From the NCBI GenBank assembly GCA_048013815.1, contig CM106585.1, positions 21,452,001 to 21,516,000 on the forward strand: a DNA stretch of 64,000 nt. Direction: 5' to 3'. This document shows positions 21,470 through 34,249 of this stretch, in pieces. Every line of letters begins with the position of its first letter. Position 1 is the stretch's first letter. Under the pieces are notes generated by a model. That model saw only the letters and a program-made list of their open reading frames with translations. It searched no databases and was not told where the DNA came from. The translations under genes were made by a program, and so were the position numbers. The stretch comes from Setoptus koraiensis (taxonomy: Eukaryota; Animalia; Arthropoda).

Positions 21470-24400
21470 CTGGCTTGCTAACTGTAAACCGACCGTAAAC
21501 CAACTGTAAACTAACTGCAAAGTAACTGCGCGCTAACTGCAAATAGTGCGGCCGGGTGAGTGACAAAGTGCCACACTATAATACAGTGCGCCTTATTTAA
21601 CAACTTGAACGCGAAGAATTCCGTCGAAATTCTCCGTTCGTCGCGCCCGAATTCTCCGTTCGTTGGGCCCGAATTCGCGTTGGGCCCGAGTTCGCGTCGC
21701 GCCGCCAGGGCGAAGAATCGCAACATCGAACGTCGTCGCCGAAAAGAAGCGTTCGCAGGGCGCGTGCTGCGACCGCACCCTCAGAATCCTCTGAGTCGGA
21801 AGGCGACACCGCACCCCGATATAAGCGAGACGAGCGAGGCGACCGAGGCGACCGAGACGAGCGAGATAAGAGATGAGAAGCCAGACAACATGTCGATTTG
21901 GCCGGCTTCTCGCGAGACAATTTGCATTGACGGCTGGCGCGTATATCAGCTCACTACGCGATCGATTTATCGCGCAGTTGCGCTAATCTGTTTGCGGCAT
22001 AAACACGAGCAAATCTTATTAGGGCCAATCGGCACAATGAGGCACGCGCTGATTGGTCCCGAAAGGTGCCATTCGATGAGGGGCCGTTGGATACATTGGG
22101 CGCGTTCTCTGGCGCGCTCTCTTACGTGTTCTCTTACGTGTTCTCTTACGTGTTCTCTTACGTGTTCTCTGGCGTGTTCTCTGGCGTGTTCTTTGGCGGA
22201 TTCTTTGGCGTGTCGGGCGCAAATTGCCGCCGGTTGGCGGCGAACGGCGCCTCGTCCGGGCTAACGGTTAGCCGGCGCACAGGCAACCAGACGACAACTT
22301 GGGCCTCCAGAACCCGGGCCAGTGGAGTGGCGGCCCGCAGCAACGACGAGCGCACCGCACTAAACGACTGACCCGTGCCAGTTTTGTGGGGCGCGCGATG
22401 CGGCCTGCAAAACTGCACGTGGCCACATGTACAAGTTGCAGCAGGAGTTCGCATCGGGGGCCAAGGGTGGCGCCCGCAGCGGCCGGGGCACGTGCCCAGT
22501 GAGCGCGTGGGGCGCCTCACGGGCCGGCCCACACATTGATTCACGGCGCGTGTGCTACATGGGCAACGAGGGGCGCCCTTTTATGAGGCCTATACTGTCA
22601 TACTCTTGCGTCATCCGGCTACCGTTGCGCTGCCATCGGCCGTCTAGTCGCATACCTGAGACCGTTATAAACAGCTCGGCTGTATGCATCGATGCTATAA
22701 TGCTATGATGCAACGATGTGGCGACAACGGTGCTATAGGATTCTCGCCACAAGTCGGGGCCCGCACGGCAGCGCATAGCGGCACACAGTGGCGCCTGCCA
22801 GCTACAACGGAAATGCCGAAATGAAGCGAATTCCGCCAAGATACCCGGCGGTGCGAGCTGACGGCTGTGCGTTGCGCTTCTGGTCGGGTATCTTGGCCGG
22901 CTGTACCGTGCCAGACAGCGGCATCGTGCCCCGCCGCACATGCCAGACGAGTGTTGGGGCCATGAGGGCTGCCCAATCCATGAATCTGGCAGCCAGACAG
23001 CGAGACCACGCCGATGGGAGCAGGCGGATGGGAGCGGAAGCCATAGTTTGCATGCACGCTGGGGCTCTTGCACGGGTCGCTTAACATTGCTCAGCGGTAT
23101 CCGTCTATGCCGGCACCGTCCGCCAGGGCACTATCTGGCGCGTTTGCATCTGGGTGCACATGTCGCTTTTAGTGTCGAGGGCGGCCAACACAGACCAACC
23201 AGCCATCACCGAGGCCAAGAGGCGCCCCAAAAAGAGACGCCGGGACTTTATTTGTTTCTGGGGCCCCGAAATTGGCGCTGCCTCGGCCGTGTCAACACAC
23301 ATCCGCACGACGATTAAGGGCCGCTGCCAATCTGCCTGACTGTTGCTGTGCCCGATATTCAATAAGCGGCGGCGGCGGCGACCCCACTGACCCTGACACG
23401 TGGCAACTACGCGCCAATGGACTCTTGTGTGTTGGCCTGGTTTTATCTTTCGTTGCGTCACTCGCCATGTCTCATTATGTCATTGGCGCCAATGGTTCGA
23501 TAACGGTTCGCAAACGGTTTGCCAACGTGAGTGCAGTTTGTCAACACTGTCGCGTGCCCCAATATTCAGCGCACAACCGCCATTCTGGGCCGGGTCTGAC
23601 CGCTTGCGCCCGGCACATCCGTTGCGAAGCCATTTCAAGGGGCGCCCTCGCTCGAGAGAGGCGTCTCTGCCGGCCGTCACTCTCGGCTCGCCCCGTCGCG
23701 GCTCCCGACGCTCGGCTCCCGTGACACTGCGCTGCCGAGGCGAGCGACAGCGGCCATCTTGAGAATCAAAGGGATCAAATCCAGTCGAGGTCGCGTGAGT
23801 CCGACTCGCTCGCCGCAGCAAACCGGTGCTGCCCTCCAACGACAAACAACCAGGCTGCGATAATTGGGCGCTTGCTCGAGACCGTCACTGAATTACGGCC
23901 ACAACAGTTGTAATTGGTTGCGGCCAGTTTGTACATCTCGCAGATTATCGGCTCGGTTCGCAATTGATAATTGATAATGACCGATAATAGCCGACGATAA
24001 CCGACGATAACCGACGATAACCGACGATGATAACCGATGATTGCCGGTACTAACCGATAATTGCCGGCAGCTCTCAATGGCACGACACTCGCCACGAGCA
24101 AACGGAAAGGGCCCTGTCGCTCGCATTGGCTACTTTGTGCCTGAAACTGTGCGGACTGCGCAATTGTGCGATATTCTCGCGAGATAGCCCCGGCTCGCTG
24201 CTCACTCCGCGGCCAGTTCGGGCCAGCTTGGCCCCTCGAGTGCGAATCGCACAACAAATGTCAACAATTCAACGGAGATTTGAACGCGCGCCCCGATCGA
24301 GAGATCGCACATCGAGCTCATATAGAGCGCATAATTGAGCGCGTTTATTGCGCCATTTGCAGTTCGCCGGCGAGATGCTTACTCGGTGGCCGCGAGCAGC

Positions 24401-27400
24401 TCGCATCGCAAGCTCGCAGCCAAACGACGACAATGAGCGACAATGAGCAACAATGAGCGGGCCCTCGTTGCGCAATGACGCCATTGTGCGACTCGTATGA
24501 TTTGAGATTGTATGATTTGGAGCGAGTTGGACGATCAGCGTTGTGCCGTGCAGCTTACGTTTGACGTGTCTCGAGCGCGCCTTTCAAACGGAGACTCGTC
24601 CGATGAGTCGTCGTCTAATCCCGTTCACCGGCCACCAGCGGGGCCCCATTGTCCGCGGCTGGCGGCCCGCAGTTGGCGCCACAGTCGATGTGATGTGTAA
24701 TTGCCACCGGCCGACAGACAGCGAGTGACAGGCGCGCGACAAGTGCGAAAACGCGCCACCGCTGACACGCCGGCCCCAATTGCGTCGTCTGCAATCCGTC
24801 GCGTTCTTTTGCGCGTGCTTTTCTCTGTTTGCTGTATGCAGTTTGGCGAGTTTGCAGTTTGCCGTTTGGTGTGTCAAAAGGAGTGGAGAAACTGCAAGTG
24901 GGCACCACAACACAAACGCACAGTTGTGTATCTATTCCGCCAACAACAACTAATCCGCCATTCTTACGTCACGGCGCTAGAAGCGATGCAAAATGAGCAA
25001 ATAGCGCCAATCGTCACCGCCAGAGATCGCCAGCCAACAATTTCGCTCAGGGTGCCGCTTTTGTGCCTGCTCATAACTGGCTGTGCCAGTGCCGCGTCGC
25101 ATTACGTAAGCTGCGATATAAGCGAGCGCGAGCAAAACAAGTGCGCCCGCCGGGTTAAAAAAGCGCTCAAAAAAACTCAAAATATAAACACGCCATTGTT
25201 TGCCAATGCCAGCCACTATTGTGTCACACAATGCTCAATTACGTAACTGTGCGCTGCGCGCCATTATGTGCCGCCATGCTTGCCGTGTGACAAGCTGCAC
25301 AGGCGGCGCACACTGTTACGTAAGTACCAGCGGTACATAGCGACATATAACGGTACATAGCGGTTGTGCAGCGGTATATAGGACAATTCACTTGCGTAAC
25401 TCACCTAACGTAACTCGGTAGTATCGACGGTATTAAAAATGTCACTATTATGGGCATATTCGCTCGCTGCCAGCCGCCAGCGAATGTGCCCGTGATAGCG
25501 AATTGAGGCCCGTTAGCCGGCGATAATAAATAGCTGCAAGCGGTCGACATGTAGCGGCGTACGCATTGAACGGGGGCCATTTAAAACACGGCCGACATCA
25601 CGATGCATATTGTATGCACATACCACGCATTGGCTTTTTAATTGTATCAAACCGGGCCGAACAATTGAAAATTGATAAATAATAAATAACAAATTGATAA
25701 ATAAAGTAGTGCAACTACATCATTATATTGCATAACATATTGGGCTATAAATGCGTGATATATGTACATATCGTAGGGCGATGGCTTTTTGATGGTGTGC
25801 GTGTGTGTGTGTGGCAATTGCTTGTGATTGCAAACAAGCTGCAACGACAAATTGATAATACTTGTGCTGGCTAGCCGACTAATCGCTTGTTGTTGGTGTT
25901 GTTGCTGGCTCATCTGGTGACCAGCAACTCAACTAGCTAACGCAACTAACTGGCAAACGTGCGATAGCAAACAGTTTATCATTATTATAAAACAGTTTAT
26001 TATTATTATTATAAAACAGTTATTACTGCCGACACCATATATCACGCGACAAATAACGGGATACAGTTACACGAGTGGCTCAAGTTAACGGCCATAAGAC
26101 ACTGACTCTTGATTTACATTTACAGCTGTTTAAATGGCTGTAAACAGTAGTGAGTTATCGGTGGTTATTACTAATAAGTTATTAGTAATAACTTATTAGT
26201 GTAAGTGTCATGCAAGTTAAGTTGTCCTGTTGGCCTCAGTGTTTTGTGCCCGTCGCGAGTCGCGACGGGCCGGCCGAGGCCCGCAATGGGCAGATATCGC
26301 ACAATCTCGCACAATATCGCACAATATCGCACAATATCGCACAATATCGCACAATATCGCACAATAATGTACATCGGAACACACCGGATTGTGGCATATC
26401 GGACTACCGGGCCATCCGATAATCGGACCAGACCATTAGGCAACTATCACAGCATATTGTCGGCTGTCGTTGGCCCGTTTCAGTCTGACAAGTTGCACGA
26501 CCCAGTTTCTAACGCGCTCTAGACTGGCGTTCGTGGATCGGTTGGGGCCGCTGCTCGAGCTGCAAATTTCGGCACAATTCTCGACACATCTGACATGGCC
26601 TATAAAGAGCGCCCAGCCCGCCAGATCGCCTAGCCACCATTATAGGCCGCGTTTATCGCTCGCCGTTACGTAACAGCACATAGCAGCGGCACATAGCAGC
26701 GGCACATAGCAGCACGTAACGGCGAACGCTTGATGCAAGACCGGCACACACGAAATAATTGCGTAACGCGCATTCGATCCGTTTAAAGTGGCATTGCTGC
26801 ACTGTTGGTCGCCCACAACACCGTTAACATCGAGTCCGGCAGTAGCGCCAGTTGGCGGCCCCTCGGCCCTTTAGCAGCCACTGGCCCCATTCAGCCAAGC
26901 TCGGCCCTATTATAGGACATTATCATTGGCACTTTTTGCTGTTGGTGGCGCCGTTTCGTCGCGCTCGCCAGCGCCCACGAGCTGGCCGGCTGCGGCTCGC
27001 AGATAAACCGGCGGAAAGGGGCCCCGCTTCGGCTGCCGTCGCAACTATAACGGCGCCAGCGACACTAAGCACGATACACGCATTGCATTGGCGCTGCTGG
27101 CACGCGCGACGGCGCCCCCGGTGCGCCCATCACGCCCTCTACAATATGAGCACAGTTGTCTTGCTGTCACATAACTTGTCGTCGCCCCGTCGCACGCCCC
27201 GTTTCCGCTTCAGCGCTCAGCGAGACGTTGGGCGCCCGCAAGACGCAGCTAGCGCGCCTGCTGCCAGCCACCGCTGATTTCGTTTTTGGGTTTTGGATTT
27301 TGGGCGCTGTCCCCGTCTGCTGCTCACTGCTCTGAAATTACGGCACACCGAGCTGAATGTGCTACCGCTGTCGGGATATTGTGTTCGGGCCAGCTGTGCC

Positions 27401-30400
27401 GCGCGCGCCTCATTGAATCTAGGCTCAATGCGCTTTTGCCGTTCCCTCTCACTGTGTCACGATAATACGTGAAATATCTCCGTGGATGTGACACGAAATG
27501 TGCGGTCGACGGCATTCCGACGGCTCATGTCTTGCACAACAATTGCCAGAGTGGCCCGAATTCGCCCAGATCCGTGGGCCTCGTCAGCCTAGACCGAGGG
27601 GCTCCAAGGGGCCCCGCACCGGTGTCCGGATCGCATGGCACCGACGTCAAATCGGACCGTGCATCATTGGACCGTTTCGGCTTTGCGAGCACCGAACGCG
27701 CGCAGCCGAACGCGGCGCAGCTAGCTTGCCAGCGACGCAAGCTGTGCCGCCTACATATTGCGGCTTGGTTATTGGCGAGAGTGGGGACTGTGTGGGGTCG
27801 ATGCGCAAAGGGCGCACAGTCCAATCATGTCTCTCAGTCGAGCGCGCCGGCGATTCTTTGCGTTACGCAATTTACCAATAGGCCCCAGTTGTGTCGCGGG
27901 CGCCAGCGCACACGGCACAGCGCGTAAATGATCGCTCTCTGGCGGAGCATGACAGTTTGCCATTGTTTGCATCACGTTGTTGATGGTTGTGGGCGCCCGC
28001 TCACTAAATTGATTGTTGGCCTCGGCCAGCATCAGGCGGGCACCGGTCGGGCGTGCGAGACTGGGCGGCGCGCCGGGCGGACATTGAGTGCCAACGCATC
28101 TTAAGCGAGTGGCAAGAGGGCAAAAGTTGAGAAAAGTCAGTCGGCGAGCCAGACCGGGTGAGGCCCGACGCGCAAAATCCCGGGGATTAGCCGGCCCGGC
28201 AACGTGCGTCTTGCACCATAGGACTTTTACTATAAGTCTTATGCTATAAGACTTCTAGTTATTTCTTGTAGTGCACGCCATTTCTTATGGTGTGCGTGTG
28301 TGTCGGCTCACAGCGGGCTACTGGCGACCGGCGGTGAGTCGGGGGCTTATAGCGTACGCACGTTTAGCGTCGCCCCCACCCGAGGCACGCGTTCCAGACA
28401 CTCTATTTATACAGATTTACGCAGACGCGCAACAACAACAACAACTGGTTACATAGGGTCGTTACTCCATGGGCAGCGTCGCACAGTGTTGTGTTGGCGC
28501 CATAATAACAATGCGCATCTTGAATTTTAATTAAGAAGCTGATGAGCCGGCCCCTATGTCGGCCCGTAATTGAGCGATTCATGGTGAACTGTGGCGGCGC
28601 GGCGAGCGTTGGCGGCGCAGCCATAGTTTGCGAACGTGGCCCCCGCGACGAGCATCTCAGACAGGGGCGCTGTCTGGCCTCCGCGACACCAACAAACGAC
28701 AGCAACGCCGGCAACAACAGCGACAACAACAACGCCGGCCACTGAGCCTAAAGCCAGTTGGTCGGTTGATGCGGCGGCCCCCTCGCGATCGACTGGCGCA
28801 CCAACGGAACTTGATCGATGATCTAGGTGAGCCAGTTGATCAGCCAGCGGCTTGACGGGCCGGCGAGGCCGGCGCCGTGACTCATCTTCGCGTCTGGTGC
28901 GCGCCCACGCTCAACCGAGGCCCACTTTTGGCCTGTCAGCTCACTGTCACTAGTCAATTGTGACTTTTGGCGCCCCATTTGTCGATTTGCATTTTTGGCA
29001 ACTCGCTCACTTTTGGCAGCTCACTCAGTGATTCTCAAACTGCGACACTCCGACTGTGACTCTCCGACTGCAACTCTCAGACTCTCGAACGGTGCCTTGG
29101 GGCGCCCCCTCGGACAGTTTCAGTGCCAGAGTTACAGTGAGAGAGTTACAGTGAGAGAGTTACAGTGAGAGAGTTACAGTGAGAGAGTTGCAGTCGCACG
29201 GGCACAGTGACAAACAAGGGGCCCCATATTTGTGTTGGCGCTCGTCCGCAGCGTGCATGCGGCGCATATGGCGCACGGGCCTCACCGGCTGCGCTGTCTG
29301 CGCTGGCTCCAGGGTGGAGCGGCACATATCGGCACATCGGGACATGTCGGCACATATTGGGGCGTCGGGGAACGGGGGCCGCTCGCGGGGCGCAATCCTC
29401 TGGTGGGCAACAATCGATTAAATTCAAACAAGCACCGATTAATACTCGGCCGGGTAATGGCGCTCGCTCGCTCGCTCGCGTCGCCGGCTATACACATGTC
29501 ACATGCCAGCGACAACCAACAGCGAGGGGCCCGCCAGCAACAACAACCAATATCCATGACTGGCCAGTCATAACCGCTAACGGTTGTATTTAATAGGCGA
29601 CACACAGTTAAGTTAGCGGTCCACGGCTGGCTAATGGGCGACGGCAGCAGCCAAAGGTCAAAGTTGAGCCCTCTTTTTACCGGCTCCCCCTTTGCTGGCT
29701 CCCCTCGCTTAGTCGTTAGCGCGGCTTTGCCAGTCTGCGCTGGCTCGTTGGCGCCACTTTGCCATATTACGCAATCGACTATTTGCTTTATTTGCCCCCA
29801 TTCAAATGGGTCCATTCGTGCGCACCGCGCATTAGCGCCAAGACAGCGAGCGGCACCCCGATTGCCATATCTCACCAGTGCCGGGCGAGTGTGTGAGATA
29901 TGGACACGGGTGCGCAATTTAAAGCCGGCAGACATGCCAAATCAATATATGATTTGCTTGTTTGCTCAACGGACCAGCGCTGGGCTAGTGACGGCGCAAC
30001 CAGGTCGCACGTTCCGGCGAAGCCGCCACCGTTCCGAAGTCGGCCCAATGTAACCAACGCGCGTATAATGTGCGTGTAACGAAGAGTAATTGAATTGTCG
30101 ACAGGGGGCCGGCGGCGGAGGGCGCCGGCTCGTTGCTTGGCGCTGGCGATTGATGGCGGCGAGCAGCCAAAAAGTAGCTCAAAAATTAGTTGTGAGCTGG
30201 GGCCGATACGCGGCCACAGTCGGCTGGTACCTGGGCAACTACGAGCCACGACTACAACCACCAGTAGAGGGCCAAAAGCCAAGCCAGCCGCTGGCTGCCA
30301 GCGTGAACCAGTGAGTGGCGGCCACTGTGACAGCGACACAATGGCCGCTGGTCAGCCCGGCTTGACCGGCCGGCCCGTTGCCAGCGCAGCAATTGGCAAA

Positions 30401-33400
30401 CAATTGGCACGACACTTCCGTCGTTGTGCGCGTGTGTGTGTAAGCTCTTTCGGGGTCCCGCCAGGGGCCCCACGCGACACTTATCCACTGCGAGCCATGT
30501 GAGGCCCCGCAGTGGGGCTGCGCTGGCACCAACAGTTCAGTAGTTTGTCGCGCCGGGCAGCCAATGAAACGCGCAAGAATGGACAGTCCGGCGCGACTAC
30601 TGGATGATGCGTGTCCCCCCGCATTATGTCATACGTGTGCGCCGTGCATGATGTAACGCCGCGTTGTTTGCGACTGGATGATGGCAAAATGATGATGTAT
30701 GTTCATGATGATTAGTAGTTGTGCGTATGATATCGTTTGGCTCGTTTCCTGTGCCCCCGCTCGAGATTATGCCCTCTGTATGCTCGCTGTATGCTCGCGA
30801 TTACGCTCGCGATTTTGCTCGTGTTTGTGCTCGTGTTGTGCCCGCGTTGTGCCAGCGATTTGTGCCCGCAATGTGCGCGTTCGCCGCGAACGCGCACCAT
30901 TGATACGTGATACATGTTCGGGGGCCCACTCCGCGACTCTCAGACCCGGTAGCGGCAAAAAATGAGCTTGCACCAGCTTGCCTCGCCCACTGTCAGCCGT
31001 TTCAGCGCAGCCAGAAATATGCAAGCGGCACAGATGCGCACCGGAACATGGGCCCGAGCTGGGGCCCACGCTTCATCCTCCGAGCGTGGGCCCAAACTTG
31101 CGCGGCTCGAGCCAGCGACGGCGCGTTCCTCCGGTGTGGCGATTCGGTGCCAGTGCGACGCGCTCGCGTCCGTCGACTCAGCTCGATTTGATATGATTCC
31201 GCGCGATCCGATTATTAGTGTGAGGCTCGGTTTGTTTGGCGCACGTTGCCAGCGATCGTATCCGATTGGCCGGGCCGGAGCGACACACACGCCAAGTGGA
31301 CGTGAATACATTTCGCTCGTCATTCGCGGCGTCATTCGTGTGACAAGTGGCCGCGAGCAAGTTGCTGCCGGTTAGCGGCGGTTGCCGGCCTCCGTATCAG
31401 TGCGGCCGCCGGTGTCTGCCACCAGCGATGGCAAGTGCACAGCGCGCAGCCGATCGCCGTGTCGGGGCCCCCGGGACGCGCCGGCCGAGCAACCGTGTAA
31501 CTGGCGGTGCAAGGCGCGGTGCGACGCGCGGCACAACGGAGCCCGTGTGTGTGCATAAATATGATTGATTTGCGTGATTTTGACTTTTGTCCTCGGCCGG
31601 CTACCGCTGTACGCGTTGCAGCGCGTAGTACGTGGCGCGTTGCTCGTGGCGCGGTGCACGTACAACAGCGGCCCGCAGTCACCGCGGTGCACTATATACG
31701 CACTGTACGCCTTTCGTACAGTTATTGCGCCCTGCGGGCCGGCTCCCCCAACTGGCCACCGGCCCACCGAGCCGACAGTGGGCGCGCTTGTGCCCACTGT
31801 CGGCTCGGTCGCGGCTTGCGCCGCCTGACAGGCTAGAGGCCCGCGTTGTGGGCGCGCACAGCGCACAATCAACGAGCCGTGATCGCGAGCAATAGATTAC
31901 GGCGACAAGGTTAATTGTTGTTTGTTGCAGCGCAAACCCGAAACCAGAACGCGCACACAAACCCAAAACCATATCGCACACACACAAGGCGTATCGCACG
32001 TTCAGTTGCACGAGTCACAGCGACACTGCACGAGCGAAATTGATACATCACTTGCACTACGTAACTGTGCCAGTTGCGTAAGTGCACAATTACAATTTTA
32101 CACACTCCACTGAATCCTTGTTTGCAATCTCTGGCCGCCAGCATTTATGAAGGCGCGCGCACCCAGAGATTGCATAATGATTGCATAAGATTGCCGTGTG
32201 ACAGCGTGCACAGTATGTGTGACATTCAATTGGGCACAAACAGACACACTGACTGACCAATGTGAGAACCGGCCAAGCAAACAAACCATCGGCCAGCATT
32301 AGTATGCATACCGACTGGCGCAATTGACGCAACTGACAAATGCTGGCAACGCCAATGGCAAACAGCGGCAACGATGACGCAATACGTTGGTGCTGCTGCT
32401 GTCACAGTTACAGTTATTTTATACGTAACTGCAACTGGGCTTCTGTGTGTATTGCTGCAATCAGCTGATCGGGCCGACTCGACGGGATTGCGCCAGGGGT
32501 GCAGCTTTTGCGTTTGTGACAAAACGCGACAGCGCAAAACTGTTGGTCGGTATCAAAACTGGCATCAAATCAGTCATGTCAGGCCAGGCTGACACTTGCG
32601 ATCAGCTTGCCGTCAGCTGATCGTGTGCCGATGTGACAAGTGGCTGTCACATGAGCACGCATCAGCTGTGCATCGGCAGCCACTGACCGGTTGACGCTGA
32701 CCGGTTGACACTGACAGTACACTTATTATTGCCAAAGACAATTGGTCAGTGATAATTGTTGTTGTTGTTGCTTGTGCCAGTCAGCTAGCCAATCGTTTGT
32801 TGCTCCAATGAATGCGCCAGCAACAGCGTCATTGCGTCATCACTGCAAACAACAGCCAACACAACATTGTTTGTTTATACTGCAGCCAGTACACACTGCA
32901 TACAGAGGCCGCTCTATATAGGTGGCGTGAGAGTGCCTAAGAACTATATACGTGTGAATACGTGTGCCCGTCTACAACGTGCGTGTTATGCAACAGTGGC
33001 TTGCCAGTTCCGAGAACGACTTTGTGCCCGTTATAGGTTCGCAGCAACTGCCACCTAACAGCGACAGCGATGCCCACGGCAACACCAGCCAACCAACCAA
33101 CTGACTAACAACTGACTAAGATAGCTTGCCAGCGAATAGTGAGCGATTCTTCGGAACAGGCCGGCAACCGATTCAACGAATCGCTGCCTGGCCAAGTGTC
33201 GTCAGGCTGCTGCCAGTGGCAATTCTTTAATTGTTTAACGTTTGACTCGAACGGTTTGAGCGATTCGAGCGATTCGCTGGCGACGACATCACGCGACGAC
33301 AACATTAGATGCGTTGTCGCGTTTTGTCGCCATGTTGTCGACATGTCATTGCAACCGCTTGCCGCCTACTCTAACGCCAGTCCCGCGCCAGCGATGATAA

Positions 33401-33749
33401 CCGCTCGCCGGCATTCAGTCCGACTGGCATTCGGTGCGAGCGGCATTTTTGGCCAACTGGCACGTCCACAACAAGCGGGCCCCCGCGCCACCAAACGAGA
33501 CACTGCCAATTGCAGATCGCTTTGTCGGTTTGCCGGCCCGTTGCGCCAGTCGTGCCGGTCGTGCCAGCGGGGCCCACCAGCCATGAGCCGTGAGCCAACA
33601 ACTGGCGCTTTTGCACTTGAAACAACTCGCGCCGTCCAGCTAGATGCCGTCAGCTAGATAAATGGCTGGGCGATGTGTGGATGCAATGAGATGAGGCGCC
33701 ACCAAGGCTTCGTGTGCGTGTCACTTTATTGTTTGCCTCAGTTTGCTGG
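21470..33749 (+). repeat. ~12 kb GC-rich segmental repeat, copy A
   Basis: Collinear with 44065-56101 from CTGGCTTGCTAACTGTAAACC onward; blocks range from near-identical to indel-rich; truncated by the N gap. Confidence 0.9.
26296..26362. repeat. 10-bp tandem repeat (ATATCGCACA)n; longer array at 49664-49752 in copy B
   Basis: Read directly. Confidence 0.85.
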
Positions 33750-34249
33750 NNNNNNNNNNNNNNNNNNNNNNNNNNNNNNNNNNNNNNNNNNNNNNNNNNN
33801 NNNNNNNNNNNNNNNNNNNNNNNNNNNNNNNNNNNNNNNNNNNNNNNNNNNNNNNNNNNNNNNNNNNNNNNNNNNNNNNNNNNNNNNNNNNNNNNNNNNN
33901 NNNNNNNNNNNNNNNNNNNNNNNNNNNNNNNNNNNNNNNNNNNNNNNNNNNNNNNNNNNNNNNNNNNNNNNNNNNNNNNNNNNNNNNNNNNNNNNNNNNN
34001 NNNNNNNNNNNNNNNNNNNNNNNNNNNNNNNNNNNNNNNNNNNNNNNNNNNNNNNNNNNNNNNNNNNNNNNNNNNNNNNNNNNNNNNNNNNNNNNNNNNN
34101 NNNNNNNNNNNNNNNNNNNNNNNNNNNNNNNNNNNNNNNNNNNNNNNNNNNNNNNNNNNNNNNNNNNNNNNNNNNNNNNNNNNNNNNNNNNNNNNNNNNN
34201 NNNNNNNNNNNNNNNNNNNNNNNNNNNNNNNNNNNNNNNNNNNNNNNNN
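33750..34249. other. Assembly gap of 500 N
   Basis: N run read directly. Confidence 0.99.

Noticed and set aside
24701-25246. A/B substitutions clustered at one codon position, hinting at a hidden coding frame
   Set aside because: The frames in which they would be silent contain stops (several on minus; TGA in copy A on plus).
26296-26362. Regular repeats resembling a CRISPR array
   Set aside because: Spacerless 10-bp minisatellite in a eukaryotic context; no cas genes.
33139-33300. SGCCQWQFFNC as the missing C-terminal exon of the Cys-rich gene at 56.6 kb
   Set aside because: Opposite strand; only a motif-level resemblance.
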